Counted from the stretch's first letter, positions 24,248-36,240 are shown. The stretch: 64,000 nt of DNA from Hemiscyllium ocellatum (GCF_020745735.1 NC_083446.1:20810068-20874067), one strand, 5' to 3'. Notes: a model not told the origin generated them from the sequence alone. A program made the numbers and translations.

Positions 24248-25270
24248 CTAGACGTGTTAGTAGAGAGAACACCCAACGGAGAATTCACCACAAGGGTACA
24301 CAGGAAACCAACACACACAGACCAAGTCCTAAACTATGAAAGTAACCACCCCAACACACACAAACGAAGCTGCATCAGGACACTATTCAAAACAGCCACA
24401 ACACACTGCAGTACACCAGAACTGCGAAAAGAGGAGGAGGAACACCTATACAAGGTATTCGCCAAAAACGGATACCCACGCAACTTTATCACCAGATGCC
24501 TAAGAGATAGACCACGGAACGAGGACATGCCACAACCAAAAGGACTAGCCACACTACCATATGTCAGGAGCGTCTCAGAACTGACAGCCAGACTACTGCG
24601 ACCCTTAGGACTCATAACAGCACACAAGCCAACTTCCACACTCAGACAACAACTTACTAGAACAAAGGACCCAATAGCCAGCACGAGCCAAACTAACGTA
24701 GTCTACAAAATACCATGCAAGGACTGCACAAAACACTATATAGGACAAACAGGAAGACAGCTAACAATCCGCATCCATGAACATCAGCTAGCCATAAAAC
24801 GACACGACCAGTTATCCCTAGTAGCCATACACTCAGACAACCAGGAACATGAATTTGACTGGGAAAACACGACCATCATAGGACAAGCCAGACAGAGAAC
24901 AGCCAGGGAATTCTTAGAGGCATGGCATTCATCCACAAACTCCATTAACAGACACATAGACCTGGACCCCATATACAAACCACTACAGCTGAAACTGACA
25001 CCCGGAAACGGCAAGAACATCCATCAACAGACACATCGACCTGGACCCCACATACAAACTACTACAGCTGAAACTGACACCCGGAAGCGGCAAGAACAAA
25101 CCACTTTAAATACCGGAAGAAACATCAAAGCAGCGCTTCACAGGAGGCTCCAATAGCACTGATGATGTTCCCTCGCCAGGGAACGAAACGTTTGCAGCAA
25201 AAACTTCCAGCTCGGCGAACAGAACCACAACAACGGACACCCGAGCTACAAATCTTCAACCAGACTTTAA
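24248..25270 (+). mobile_element. Penelope-like element copy 1, 5'-truncated (RT thumb + GIY-YIG + terminal repeat)
   Basis: ORF 24242-25156 contains VVYKIPCKDCTKHYIGQTGR..RIHEH (GIY-YIG) and is nearly identical to 47688-48600. It has a 79-bp tandem duplication at 24941-25098 and ends gctacaaatcttcaaccagactttaa. Confidence 0.92.
25156..25196 (+). ncRNA. Minimal type-I hammerhead ribozyme motif
   Basis: GCA-CTGATGA-T-GTTCCCT-cgcc-AGGGAAC-GAAAC-GTT-TGC has the conserved core, a 7-bp stem II, a palindromic AACGTT stem III and a GUU cleavage triplet. TGC can pair with GCA to form stem I. Confidence 0.8.
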
Positions 25271-25705
25271 ATTCTTACATCTTCAATATTCATGGAAACG
25301 GTGCAACGGGTCCTTTGATGTTGGAATGGTGAAGATTATTGATGAATTCAGTATGTTTCATGTTACCTTTATGAACTTTCAGAAGGAAGTTGGTGAAGTT
25401 TCATTGATGCGATTTCTGTGCAGGTTGAAGCTGGTCGAAGGAAATGCCCTGCGATAGCGGCAATGTAACATTGTCTGTTAACAACGCGGGAACCAACGGA
25501 AACTCATTTGTCAATGTTATCTACTTTTCACATGTTTTGTGTCACTTTTGTATCCTTTTCGTGAACCTGATGCTGCAATAATCACAGGTTCATGTCAGTT
25601 TCACCCTGTCTGCATTAGCTTTGATTACAAAACCAGACGGTTCAGGGAAATGAGGCAGCGTGTGTGACTGAGGTATCAGTGAGGCAGCACATCACCACCA
25701 AAGAT

Positions 25706-25990
25706 CCCACAGTGTTGTGGTTCAGTGATTAACACTGCTGCCTCAACAGGGTCCCAAGTTCGATTTGAGACTCGGTCAACTGTGTATGGAGTTTGCACAT
25801 TCTCCCTGCGTCTGTGTGGGTTTCCCAATTTGACTCCCACAGACCAAAGATTGTGCAGGTCAGGTGAGTTGGCCATTCTAAATCTCCCATAGTGCATTTG
25901 TCAGAGGGGAAATCGTTCTGGTTGGGTTACTCTTCGGAGGGTTGGTGTGGACTTGTTGGGCAAAAGGGCCTGTTTCCATACTGTAGGGAA
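25706..25990 (+). mobile_element. HE1-like SINE
   Basis: cacagtgttgtggttcagtgattaacactgctgcctc..ggagtttgcacattctccctgcgtctgtgtggg, ending in a CR1-like tail. Confidence 0.75.
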
Positions 25991-26073
25991 TATAATCAGT
26001 ACAGCAAAAGTAGAGCAGTTGAGTTAAAGTCCCCAAGGTACATGTCAGTCATGTGGCTGGTACACTGTCTGCA

Positions 26074-26156
26074 GCTCCAGTCGCGCAATTATTCAGCACC
26101 TAGTACTTAAAGGTGCACAAAATGCCAAAGTTGGAAGTTCAATGAATATCTAAAGA
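26074..26156 (+). pseudogene. tRNA-Ile(TAT) intron-containing pseudogene
   Basis: GCTCCAGTCGCGCAATTATTCAGCACCTAGTACTTAAA[ggtgcacaa]AATGCCAAAGTTGGAAGTTCAA compared with GCTCCAGTGGCGCAATCGGTTAGCGCGCGGTACTTATA[intron]ATGCCGAGGTTGTGAGTTCGA. Confidence 0.7.
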
Positions 26157-28280
26157 TGCTGTTACTGACATTGACGATGGATTACTGAAGCATCAGACTG
26201 AAGCTCAGTTGAAAACAATGTTGAGTAAAGTAGCATTTATTTGGAAATTCCAGATTCTGAAGTGTGAAAATGCTTTGCCATGAGGAAACATGCTAATTAT
26301 TAACCAAAAATCTGCAAATATTCCCCAGGTGAATATCCATCTGTGAACCGAGAAACAGTGGTGAACTTTTGGCTTGATGATCTTCCTCAAATCGCTGACC
26401 CAGCACTGGATTACATCCTTGGAAAGTTTGCTTAACTTGTTTCATATCATTCCACTTCCTGCAAGCTGCACAGCTCATGAAACCAATCAAAAGTATTATA
26501 TTTATATCTGTGGCGTTTGAATGCTGTCAGTAAATGTGGTAAAGGATCTGGACAAGTAGTTTTTCTGTCTTTGAGAAACGTCGGTTCAAACTGGAATACG
26601 GTTGAGTCTTGTTGCATGATTGTTCAATCGGAGATCAAAGAGCATCAAATGTACTCATTCCCCTTTCGGGTGAATGTTCAAGGCAACAGATGACAACGAT
26701 AACGATGTTTTACATCGACAAGCTAAATCTTGCTCACTCGAGTCACCACAGTATTATAGATCAGGTGAGCGGTGGAGGTGATGACCCTTGTGGAAACCTG
26801 AGACAGTGAGAAAATTAATCCCACGCTGTTGGTCTCACTCTTCTCATAAAACAGTTCGTCAGCAGACTGAGATAACCGACTTCCATTTAATGCAGAGCTA
26901 AACCAAACAGTTCAGTGCATTTACATTAGATAACAGTTCATGTAGAATGGGATGCTGCACCTTACAACTCCACCAGCTCTTCTTATACTTAACATTTTCA
27001 GTTGCAGGTGTTATGCATTTTCTTTTCTATGAAGGTTTACCAATTTGAGAGTGTTTCCCTTTTGCACCCCCATCCACGTAGCCCAGAATGCCTGTCGCTG
27101 TTAAATTCACTCCTTGACTACCTGCACGCACTTTGCAAATATTCTGGAATTAGCTCATAAAATGTGTTTACTTCTAAAATTTCATCATCGAACTTAAGCG
27201 CTCTCAGAATAAAAAAATGCCTACTCCAAACATATTTATCGTGCCCCGCTGGGTTTCCACTCACCTGACCGAGGGAATTTCCTTTGTATTTATTCTTACC
27301 AACTTCACGTCAGCTGGATAACCTCTCTTCGGGCACAACTAAGTCTTTCCTGATTTCCCCTGCATTATTCTTTATCTAACCCAGCATCCCATTATAACCC
27401 CTCTTTTCTATTTTCGTGGCTTTATCTCCCAGTAATCCTCATTTCCATCGTTTCTATCGACATGGTATCAAGTGAACTCTGGCCGTGTCATTACTAACGT
27501 CTTTATATTCCAGTCAACACTGCCCCGTATCATTCATCAACTCTTTATATCACAGTAAATTTCAACCTGAGAATGGATGTTGGGTACAATTCAATGCATG
27601 AAAACTCCCCACTACGCTATACAATCTTACTACCGACACAGGAAAGATGGAAGCAATTTCAAGTACAGCTGAATCGATTGGCTGCAGCATCATTGGGTCA
27701 AATCCCAGTCACATACATGACTGTTGTTCTTATACTTATTTCTTCTGTATGTGTGCTGAAGTAACAGTGAGGGAGCAATTATTATTGCCATACATACATA
27801 AAAGGGCCTATGAAATGCTGAAGTTGTGAGATCAGAGCAGTTTTTATTCACATCGACCATTCACCGATCGAACTTGGACTCAGGAATTTGACAGAGAGCG
27901 ATTTTGAGCGAAATTTGAACAGGGGATGTTTACCCCACGACGTAACACCAGTTTGTGTGGTTACTTTGTTGTTTACTTCATTTGGGTGTTTTGCCTCATT
28001 GAGGATTTGGAAGTTGTCCCCTCAAGACAAATTGCCCTTGCTTTTGCACCATTATGTAAAGGATGCAGTGTGATAACACCCAATGCTGCTTCAGTCGACT
28101 TGTACAGATATTGACCACTGGAAACAGCACTATGCACTCTCTGCAGTCTGTAAAACAGTTTGCTGCATTCCCGCTCATATGGCTGTTTTCATTCCATCGA
28201 CTTCTGTTCATCACGGAATACTCACTTTCAGGTTTTTAATGACATTTTTTTTGAAGTATTTAATTCACATTCAATCATTT

Positions 28281-28377
28281 GCAATGGCGGGATTTGAACC
28301 TGCTAAGTTTCAACTGCTAACTTTTGCTAAGTTTCTGGATAAATTGCGTCACGATAATACCACTCGGCCATCACTTC
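28281..28377 (-). pseudogene. tRNA-Ser(TGA/CGA)-like pseudogene
   Basis: The reverse complement starts gaagtgatggccgagtggt (compare GCAGCGATGGCCGAGTGGT) and ends gcaggttcaaatcccgccattgc (B-box). The middle is scrambled, with a duplicated gaaacttagca. Confidence 0.5.
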
Positions 28378-28399
28378 GCCTGATTACATGCTGCGCATC

Positions 28400-28800
28400 C
28401 CAGTGTAACATGAATTAAAACCCTTTCTTCTTGCACAATTGTTTGATCTTGCACTCTGGTGATATTACTTAGTAACTCTCCATGTGGTATCCCTCACTGT
28501 GTTTTTCTAATTGTTGTCTCTGTCAGGGTCCATCGCTCTTGTAGCTACTCCAGATCCTGAGCAAACATAATTCTTTACTCCAGATAGATGATGGAGACTG
28601 GGATGTACCAGATTTCTGTGGGAGTCAGTGCCATTTGACACGTGTAGCCCTCACTGTATCAGTCTTATTTCCCATTCAGTTTATCTGTCTGTATGTACTC
28701 AGGAAGGTCTTAACCTAATAGACTTCCCAGCTGCTGGGTGTCTCATCCATCCCTCATTGAAGATGGCTTGTCAGCCAGAGAGACACAGGGCAGGGAGATC
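28400..28800. repeat. Paralogous ~400-bp segment, copy A (partner at 58990-59425)
   Basis: For example cactctggtgatattacttagtaactctccatgtggtatccctcactgtg versus tactctggtgatatcactcagtctgtcttcatgtggtatccttcactgtg. Colinear similarity continues to gagagacacagggcagggagat. Confidence 0.85.
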
Positions 28801-30054
28801 TGGAATCTTCAGCAGATCTTGTCACTGAGTCATTTCTTTGTATGTGTTCAGATCATGTGAGCAGAATATCACAGCCCATTACCCAGAAGTCAGACCATGC
28901 TCAGGGAACCGTACTCTGCTCCTGGTCATTTCATGAACATCAGGGAGAAATATCTATGCTCTTCAAAATTTACTCACCTGTTTTTCAGAAGCAGGACAAA
29001 CAGTTCCAGGTTTCTGCTTTAGTTGTCACACGGACCAAAATTGTAAACGGTGGAACCAATTGAGACTGATCGCTCTCCCACATCTATTCTCTTCTCGGGA
29101 GGTGTTAAAATGATGGTCGGAATCGGATTCATCTGAAAAGAAGCATCTTTTTATCCATGAATTTCTGGTTAATGTGTTACCAGGCTCCGGCTGAACTTCT
29201 CTGTTCGCGCTGACCACAGCAGTTTCCCGCAGCCTTGAGGTTTTGTCGCATGTGCCTTCGAGGATGACATCAGAAGATCTCCACTGTTACTGTCTCAGTC
29301 CGTGGGGATGGGATAAACAGCACCATCCCGCTTGGGGAAATTCTGCAGGGTGTCCTGCGGATCAGACGCAGTGCAATTTTTCATTCAGATCATCCCAGAG
29401 TGAGAATGCTCGAAACGGCCAATTGGTCACTCGCATCTGTGTCAGCCTTGGAGCTACAAAAGATGGGTTAAAGTGGAAACACTGATGATTGGATGAGGTT
29501 TGAAATGTTTACGTGAGGCTGGAAGCAGAAAAAAGATACTCTGTGAAGCAACTGAGATCTGACTACTGGAGCAGTAAATAGGTTGTACAGCGCAGAGGAG
29601 AGCTTTGAAATATTGAATTCTGGTTGATGGCCGATCATGCTTTCACTAGACCACGCTGCTCCAGAAGATAATATGTCAGTGTCTCGCTGAATTGTGATAT
29701 CGTGGGAAAATATCGCCGTTACACTGCAGGAAATTCCTTTTCCAATGTGACGGCAGTCTGTATGCAAAATAGAATAAATATTGAACCCTTTCTCATAAAT
29801 AATTCCACTCCATCTCAGTGTGTCGTACTGTCTTCTTTCCAGTTCACCTGTCATTGTGCCCGCACTGAAGGGGCTTTGCTCCTTCTGCATGTCTTTTTCA
29901 GTCTGGGTGATGTGATGCATTTGTACTCACCCATCTCCTAACTTCGCGATCTGATATCACTCACGTTGTTAAGGTGTTAAGCGCTCATCTCAGATCCAGC
30001 CTGCCTTCACCCAAAATAAATGCAAAACTCAGACAGACTGTGATCACTGCAATC

Positions 30055-32240
30055 CGAGGAACAGAAAACTCCAAGTTTCAGGCATAAACCCTTCATCAGC
30101 AAAACGGCTTGTGAGTCGGGGCTGAGAGATAAATAGTAGGGGTGTGGGGTTGGGGAAAGGTAGTGGGAAAGCGATAGTTGGATGAAGGTGAGGGCGAAGA
30201 TGATAGGTAAGAAGGAGCAGTGATGGAATGGGTCCACAGGACGGTGCAAATTTGGAGGCTTGGGACTTGGGGAAGGAAAATGAGGAAACTGTACAATCTC
30301 CAAATATCAAGTGAAGTGACAGAATCCCAAGGTGGAATGTATGGCTTTCGTCCTCCATGCATTGGGTGATTATGGTTTGACGGGGAAGGAGGCCCAGGAC
30401 CTGTACGTCTTTGACGGAGTGGGAGGGATAATTAACGTGTTCAGCCACGGGACAGTGAAGTTGGTGGGTGCTGATGTCCCAGAGATGTTCTCTGAAATGA
30501 TCTGCAAGAGGGCGTGCTGTCTCCCTGATGTACAGGAGACCACACTGGGTGCAACGGATGCAGTACATGACATTGGAATCGGTTCAGGTGAATTTCCAAT
30601 CGATGTGGAAGGATCCCTTGGGGCCATGGACGGAGATGACAATGTTGGCAGGGAAAGATGCAGTAGTGGGGAGTGGACTTATTGGGAGTTGTAGACCTGA
30701 CGAGGGATTCGTGAAGGGAATAATCATTTCGGAACGCTGCTAGGGCGTGGCAGAGAAATATATCTCTGATGGTTGGGACTGTTTGGAGCTGGCTGAAGTG
30801 GTGGAGTATGATGTGCTTTATGCGGAGGTTCGTGGGGAGAAAGTTGAGGACTATGGGATTTTGTCTTTCTTGCAGGTGGTGTGGAGTGCGAAGTGGAGGA
30901 CATTGTCAAACACGTGGGAAGGGATTTTGTGATATTGGGAGAAGGATTGTGACTTTCTGAGATTGAATTAGCCATCCTGGGAAAAGATGTGGTGGAGGCA
31001 GAGGAATTGGGAAGCAGGGATAGCGTTTTCACACGATGGGGGTGGGATGATTGGATTAGATTACTTACAGTGTGGAAACAGGCCCTTCGGCCCAACAAGT
31101 GCACACCAACCCGCCGAAGCGCAACTCACCCATACCCCTACATTTACATGACAGACAATTTAACTAACCCGCACTTCTTTGGACTGTGGGTGGAAACCGG
31201 AGCACCAGGAGGAAACCCACGCAGACACAGGGAGAACATGCAAACTCCACGCAGTCAGTCGCCTGAGTCTGGAATTGAACCCGGGTCTCAGGCGCTGTGA
31301 GACAGCAGTGCTAACCATTGTGCCACCTATTGCTGGTGTTAGAGTCGGTGGGCTTGTATATATGTCTGCAATGAAGGGAAGTTGCCAAGGTGATCCAGGT
31401 GAATTTGAGGTCGGGGTGAAAGGTGTTGGTAACATTGCTGAACATTTCAACCTCCTCGTGGGAGCACGAAGTGACGCTAATGCATTCATCAATGTAGCAG
31501 AGGAACAAGTGGAGAGAGGTGCCAGTGTAACTGCGAAAGACAAACAATTTCACAATCTGATAAACAGGCAGGCGTAGCAAGCTCACATGCGGGTGCCCAT
31601 GGCTCACACTTTGGTTTGGAGGAAGTGGGTGGATTTGAAGGAGAAGTTGCTGAGGTTGAGGACCAGTTCAGCCAGGTGGATGAGGGTGTCGATGGAAGGG
31701 TACTTGGTGGGATGGGGTGAGATGAAGAATCAGACGGCTTGGAGACTTTCGTCATGGCAGATGGATGTGTACAGGGACTGGATGTCCAAGGTGAAGATGA
31801 CGTGTTGGGGGCCAGGGAAACAAAAATCTTGGAGGAGATGAAGTGCATAGGTGGTGTCACGAACGTAGGTGGGGATTTCTTCGACTGGGAGACAGGGAGG
31901 TGTTGAGATAAGAAGAAATGAGGCTGGTCAGACAGGCGCAGTCTGAGACAACAGGTCTGAGAAAGGAGGTAGAATCGGGCAGTGTGGGGATCATGGACAA
32001 TGAGGTTGGAAGCTGTGATTGGGAGATTCCCCAGAGGTGATGAGATTGTGATGGCCTAGTAAATGATGGGAAGTGAGGCTGTAATCGGGGCAGTAGGAGG
32101 AGGTGTCAGTGAGATGGCGCCTGGCTTCTGCAGTGTGCCTCAGGCCGACTCACAAGGCTCATACCTGATAAATGGCTTATGCCTGAAACGTGGATTCTCC
32201 TGCTCCTCGGATGCTGCCTGACCTGCTGTGCTTTTCCAAC
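30055..32240 (-). mobile_element. Decayed Penelope-like element, second family, interrupted by a SINE
   Basis: Minus-strand ORFs: YCIRCTQCGLLYIRETARPLADHFREHL (GIY-YIG), FLCYIDECI..FHPDLKFTW (RT YxDD region) and an upstream RT fragment. Hammerhead-type terminal repeats lie at 30071-30100 (-) and 32165-32240 (+). Confidence 0.85.
31055..31330 (-). mobile_element. HE1-like SINE nested in the Penelope element
   Basis: Runs from the ttagattacttacagtgtggaaacaggccc tail to the gcgctgtgagacagcagtgctaaccattgtgccacc head. Confidence 0.85.
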
Positions 32241-35049
32241 ATTTCCCCTTCGACCCCTTCATTATTCTGATTGCCTTTCACACTATCAGGTCCGTGCTGT
32301 GTGTTTGCCTCTAGAAAACAGTGTTCTCATAACCTGCCGCAACGTCTGACAATCTCAAACAAAAACAGAAATTGCTGTAAAACCTCAGAAGAGCTGGCAT
32401 CATTTTTGCAGATGAATCACAGTTAATGTTTCAGATCCACTCGGTCAGTCCCTCCACAGATGCTGCCAAACGTTATGAACTTTTCCAGCAATCTCTGTTT
32501 TTGTATGATATTCAACAATGGCAGTTTTTTTTTGTTTTTTTTCTTATTTTCTGACAATATGATTTGGATAAAGATTGCACCAGCCCGCGACTGCTGCTTG
32601 GTTCACGTGACCAATGCCTTTCCAATTCGTCACCGCGGCCTACAGCTGCACTGCATATAAATTAACAAAATTATGGTGTTCTCTCGGATTGGTAATCAGG
32701 TGCAAGACGGTTTGAATTGTTGAAAAAGTAAGATAAACTGATAAAATGCACGAAATTGAATAGTGAACCGGAAGGGAAAGAGAGAACATTGAATGGTAGT
32801 ATTCTGACAATATGAAAACGTCATTGCTCAAGATTCAAAAATTGCTATCATTCACACACATACCTAAACGTGGAATGTAACTTTAGGATCAAACAATGCA
32901 AGCAGATTGCAAAATCTTAGTCTGAACGTCTTGCTGCAACTGCTTTAGTTTTAATGAACGCACATAGAGGGTTCACTGCTGTAATGATCTCCTCAACTGG
33001 AGAAGGAAATCCTTGCCTTCGAGGATGGGGGGAATGTTCACTGATTCATCCTAGTAATGGCAGGACTGTCCTTTGCAAGCATATGAACACAATTATTCAA
33101 TGTTCCATGGAGATTCGATTAAGAGGTGAAGGGAATGTCTCCATTCACAAATTAATCATTCAGTAGAATTCAATACAGGGACACATGAAGTGATGAACAA
33201 AGTGGGCAACAACACGGAAACATGATACACAATAGATATAATAATTACTTTGTGGAGAGTTGATTTCAGATCTACGGTGGCCTTTGGTAATGATATTTAC
33301 TGTCCAGAACCAGTCTGCACTGGAATGACTCTCGCCCTTCTATGATGTATTTGAACTTCAGTTACCTTTAGAAATAGATGTTACTCACTCTGGTCATGGG
33401 GATTCAGAAAAATCATGTTTAAAAAGCACAGAGTTCATCACGTAAACTGTGAAATATTTAGGTCACCCTTCGTGGGAGCATTGTGTGTAATCCTTGCCCT
33501 TATTCTCCACCAAAGACATGTGAAGACGTTGCAAATGGCACAGACGCTGCTTCCTGGATGACAAGATACTTGTAAGCCCAGGGACGGGGTTTACTGAGAC
33601 ATAAAAGCATCAGAACAGTTCGAATGGTTTCGTCGGCATGATAGACAGAATGAAGGAGTCTATTCACGAGATGTGTAAGTGCTGGACCAGCAACACGCAA
33701 GTTTAAAAGTAAACAAAGAGATTTTCACATAATTTTTTGAAGTTTGAAATGACTAAATCGGGGAAATTGTCCTTTCGAGTGAATCAGCAATTTTAGTTAG
33801 AGCTCCAAAACATTTAGTGAATGATTTGAGAAAAGATTGGATGAGAGTTTCTTCCATTCATTAAAGCTATTGAAATCGTGATGACTTTCCGGGAATGAAA
33901 CGTAGATTTATGATTTCATAGTGTTTTAAAAGAGACACGAACAAACATACAAGGAGGGAATTTACCATTGAAAGCAAGGAAACGTGTGGGTATGGATTAA
34001 TTTCGAATTTGCTTGTTTTCAGACACAAAGGCATTTCATGAACACGCACAGCTGAATATGATTGTGTATGAAAAGTTCATGGATTTGAAAGGTGTAGCGT
34101 ATTATTCAAGCTGAAGCATTGTAAATGGGGCTGGTGTCCTAAAATAACTAAAGACAGAAGTTACTTGGATTATACAATCATCTTCACCAGTGGTTCTGAC
34201 CCCGTGTGAGGAAAGTGGTGAGCTGCCTATTGCAAAGATGGGTATATTGTTGAAATGTACAATTTCAATATTTGCCTTCACTAACAAATCAGCCTTTTTG
34301 TTTTTCATCTGTAGAAATCTTAAAATCTTCATCTTGAACAGACTCAATGACCGATCTCCACTGTGTCTCTGGCATCAAATTACAAGATGTAAGCCCTCTC
34401 TGAATTCTTCCACTGCAGTCCGCTGTTTGGGAAGTGTTCCTGTTGTGGGAAATGCACTTCCCCGTGTGTCAACTGCTGCTCCCAGTATGCGCTCTGGCAC
34501 GGCACTCATTTTCCTTCAAACACTTGGTCATTATGTTGCTATGATCATGCAGTGACTTGGTGTCACACGCCCAAAGAAAAAGATACAGATAAAGGTTTTT
34601 GCATCGTTGAATTCAATGACGGTTTAGCCTTATTTAGGATTTTGAAATTGTCTGACCTTTACACAAGTGCGTGTCAAAAATATCTGAGCGGAAGAAAGTT
34701 GTTCTGAATATTGACATTGAGCACTATGCACTCTCCTCCAGTCTGGAAAACAATTCCTCACAGAAAATTTTACACCTCCTGTTATCAGGGGCTCTTCATT
34801 CTGCTGACTTCAAATCGTAACAGAATTCAACAGACATTGTTACATGGTCATTTCTTCATTTTTGTTCAGATCACTGTGAGTACAGTGTCACAGTGGGAGT
34901 GCGCTTGCCCCACAACCCAGGGGTAAGACCATATTCTTGGAACTGAACTGTGCTATATCATTTCACCAACACTAGGGAGAAAACTCTGCTGTTCTGCATA
35001 ATTTACGAAATTCACTTATTCACAAGGTCACTTGCAACATAGCGTATGT

Positions 35050-35131
35050 GACGAGGTTGCCCAGAGGTTAAGGCGATGGGCTGTTGACCCATTGTGTTGT
35101 GCACGCGTGGGTTCGAATCCCACTTTCGTCG
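35050..35131 (+). tRNA. tRNA-Ser(GCT)-type body with anticodon GTT (Asn); near-intact cloverleaf
   Basis: GACGAGG TT GCC CAGAGGTTAA GGC G ATGGG CTGTTGA CCCAT TGTGTTGTGCAC GC GTGGG TTCGAAT CCCAC TTTCGTC G. The sequence is 82 nt with a perfect B-box, long variable arm and G73, and TTTT follows 3 nt downstream. Confidence 0.8.
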
Positions 35132-35789
35132 CTGTTTTCAATGTTGCTATTTTTGGATGATCACAGCTGTCTGATGATAATTGGAACTCCAATGGTCACT
35201 TCATATGCATCGACGCTATAATAACATCTCAAAGAATAATTTGAGGCAGTTACCGAAATTGCATTGAAATGTAGATTGAATTCGGGTAATGCAAAGGAAC
35301 ACGATTTTCTTTTCCAAGTCAATCTGCTGTGAACTTTTATTGTACGAAAGAGATCCAGGAAAATCAATTGATGAGAAATCCTTGGGGTAAGCGCATTGTG
35401 GAGATTCATCACACATCCAATCTAATCACTTTTGTTACTCTGAAGTGGATAATATTTGAAAGGTTCATCTCCAAGAACGAAAATTTTTTCACTGTCTTCG
35501 ATCAGCTAAACATGACCAAGAACTATCAGAGTAAAACATCACACAGCACCGGACTGTACCGAAAAGGCATATTTGGAGGCACCATGCACTGCTTCTTCAT
35601 CAGGTGTTTTTCAACTGTTGGAATCAAAAATGGCGTTGTGTGATTGTTAAACCTGCCCACTGCAGTCCAACACCAACACCTTCAAGTCATGGGTACCACC
35701 GACACCACGAATGGTCAGTTAAAATCCAGATGATCTTCCAAAAGATCGCGCATATTGAGACACACATCAAGTTCCTGCAGAAAACCCCC

Positions 35790-35900
35790 CTCCTAATGAA
35801 GGAGCGGATCTCTGAAAGCTAGTGCTTCCAAATAAACCTGGTGGACTGTGCCTCGATATTGTGGAGTTTTTAACTTAGTCTACTCAACTCAAACACTGGC
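35790..35900 (+). repeat. Third short repeat family with decayed hammerhead-like core
   Basis: ctaatgaaggagcggatctctgaaagctagtgcttccaaataaacctggtggactgtg. A related reverse fragment lies at ~17580-17680. Confidence 0.5.
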
Positions 35901-36240
35901 ACTTCCATATCATAGACAACATCAGTCAAGTCCCAGCGCTGTCAGAGAAGACAATCCTGGAATAGCCTCACACATTGCTCATAGGTACGTTTCATTTTCA
36001 GAAACCAACCCACTGCAGCTCCTGTCTATGAAAATAAATAGCTGAGACTCAATCTTGACTGTGTTTTGAAACTCTTTAGGAAGTGGAATCAGAGGAAAAT
36101 GAAGAATTAACTGTTCAAATGTGCAGAGAAAGGGAAGGCACTTTTCCCTTCTTTGAAGAACTGGGGTATTGACTGAATCAAGACATTAAACAGATTCCTG
36201 GTAGAGCTGCTCTCTCTGCCTCAGGAACAAGAAGTCCTGA

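Noticed and set aside
27250-27282. NF-kB-like site GGGAATTTCC beside a splice-donor-like motif
   Set aside because: It is an isolated 10-mer with no supporting gene or motif cluster.
29468-29920. 150-aa minus ORF beginning MHHITQTEK, superficially like a V-domain start
   Set aside because: It lacks the Cys-Trp-Cys spacing and YYC, and begins immediately after a splice-donor-like site.
34340-34480. Minus-strand ..gatgccagaga-CACAGTG resembling a V 3' end plus heptamer
   Set aside because: There is no YYC in any frame and no nonamer at 12 or 23 nt. The resemblance to FR3 is too weak to support.
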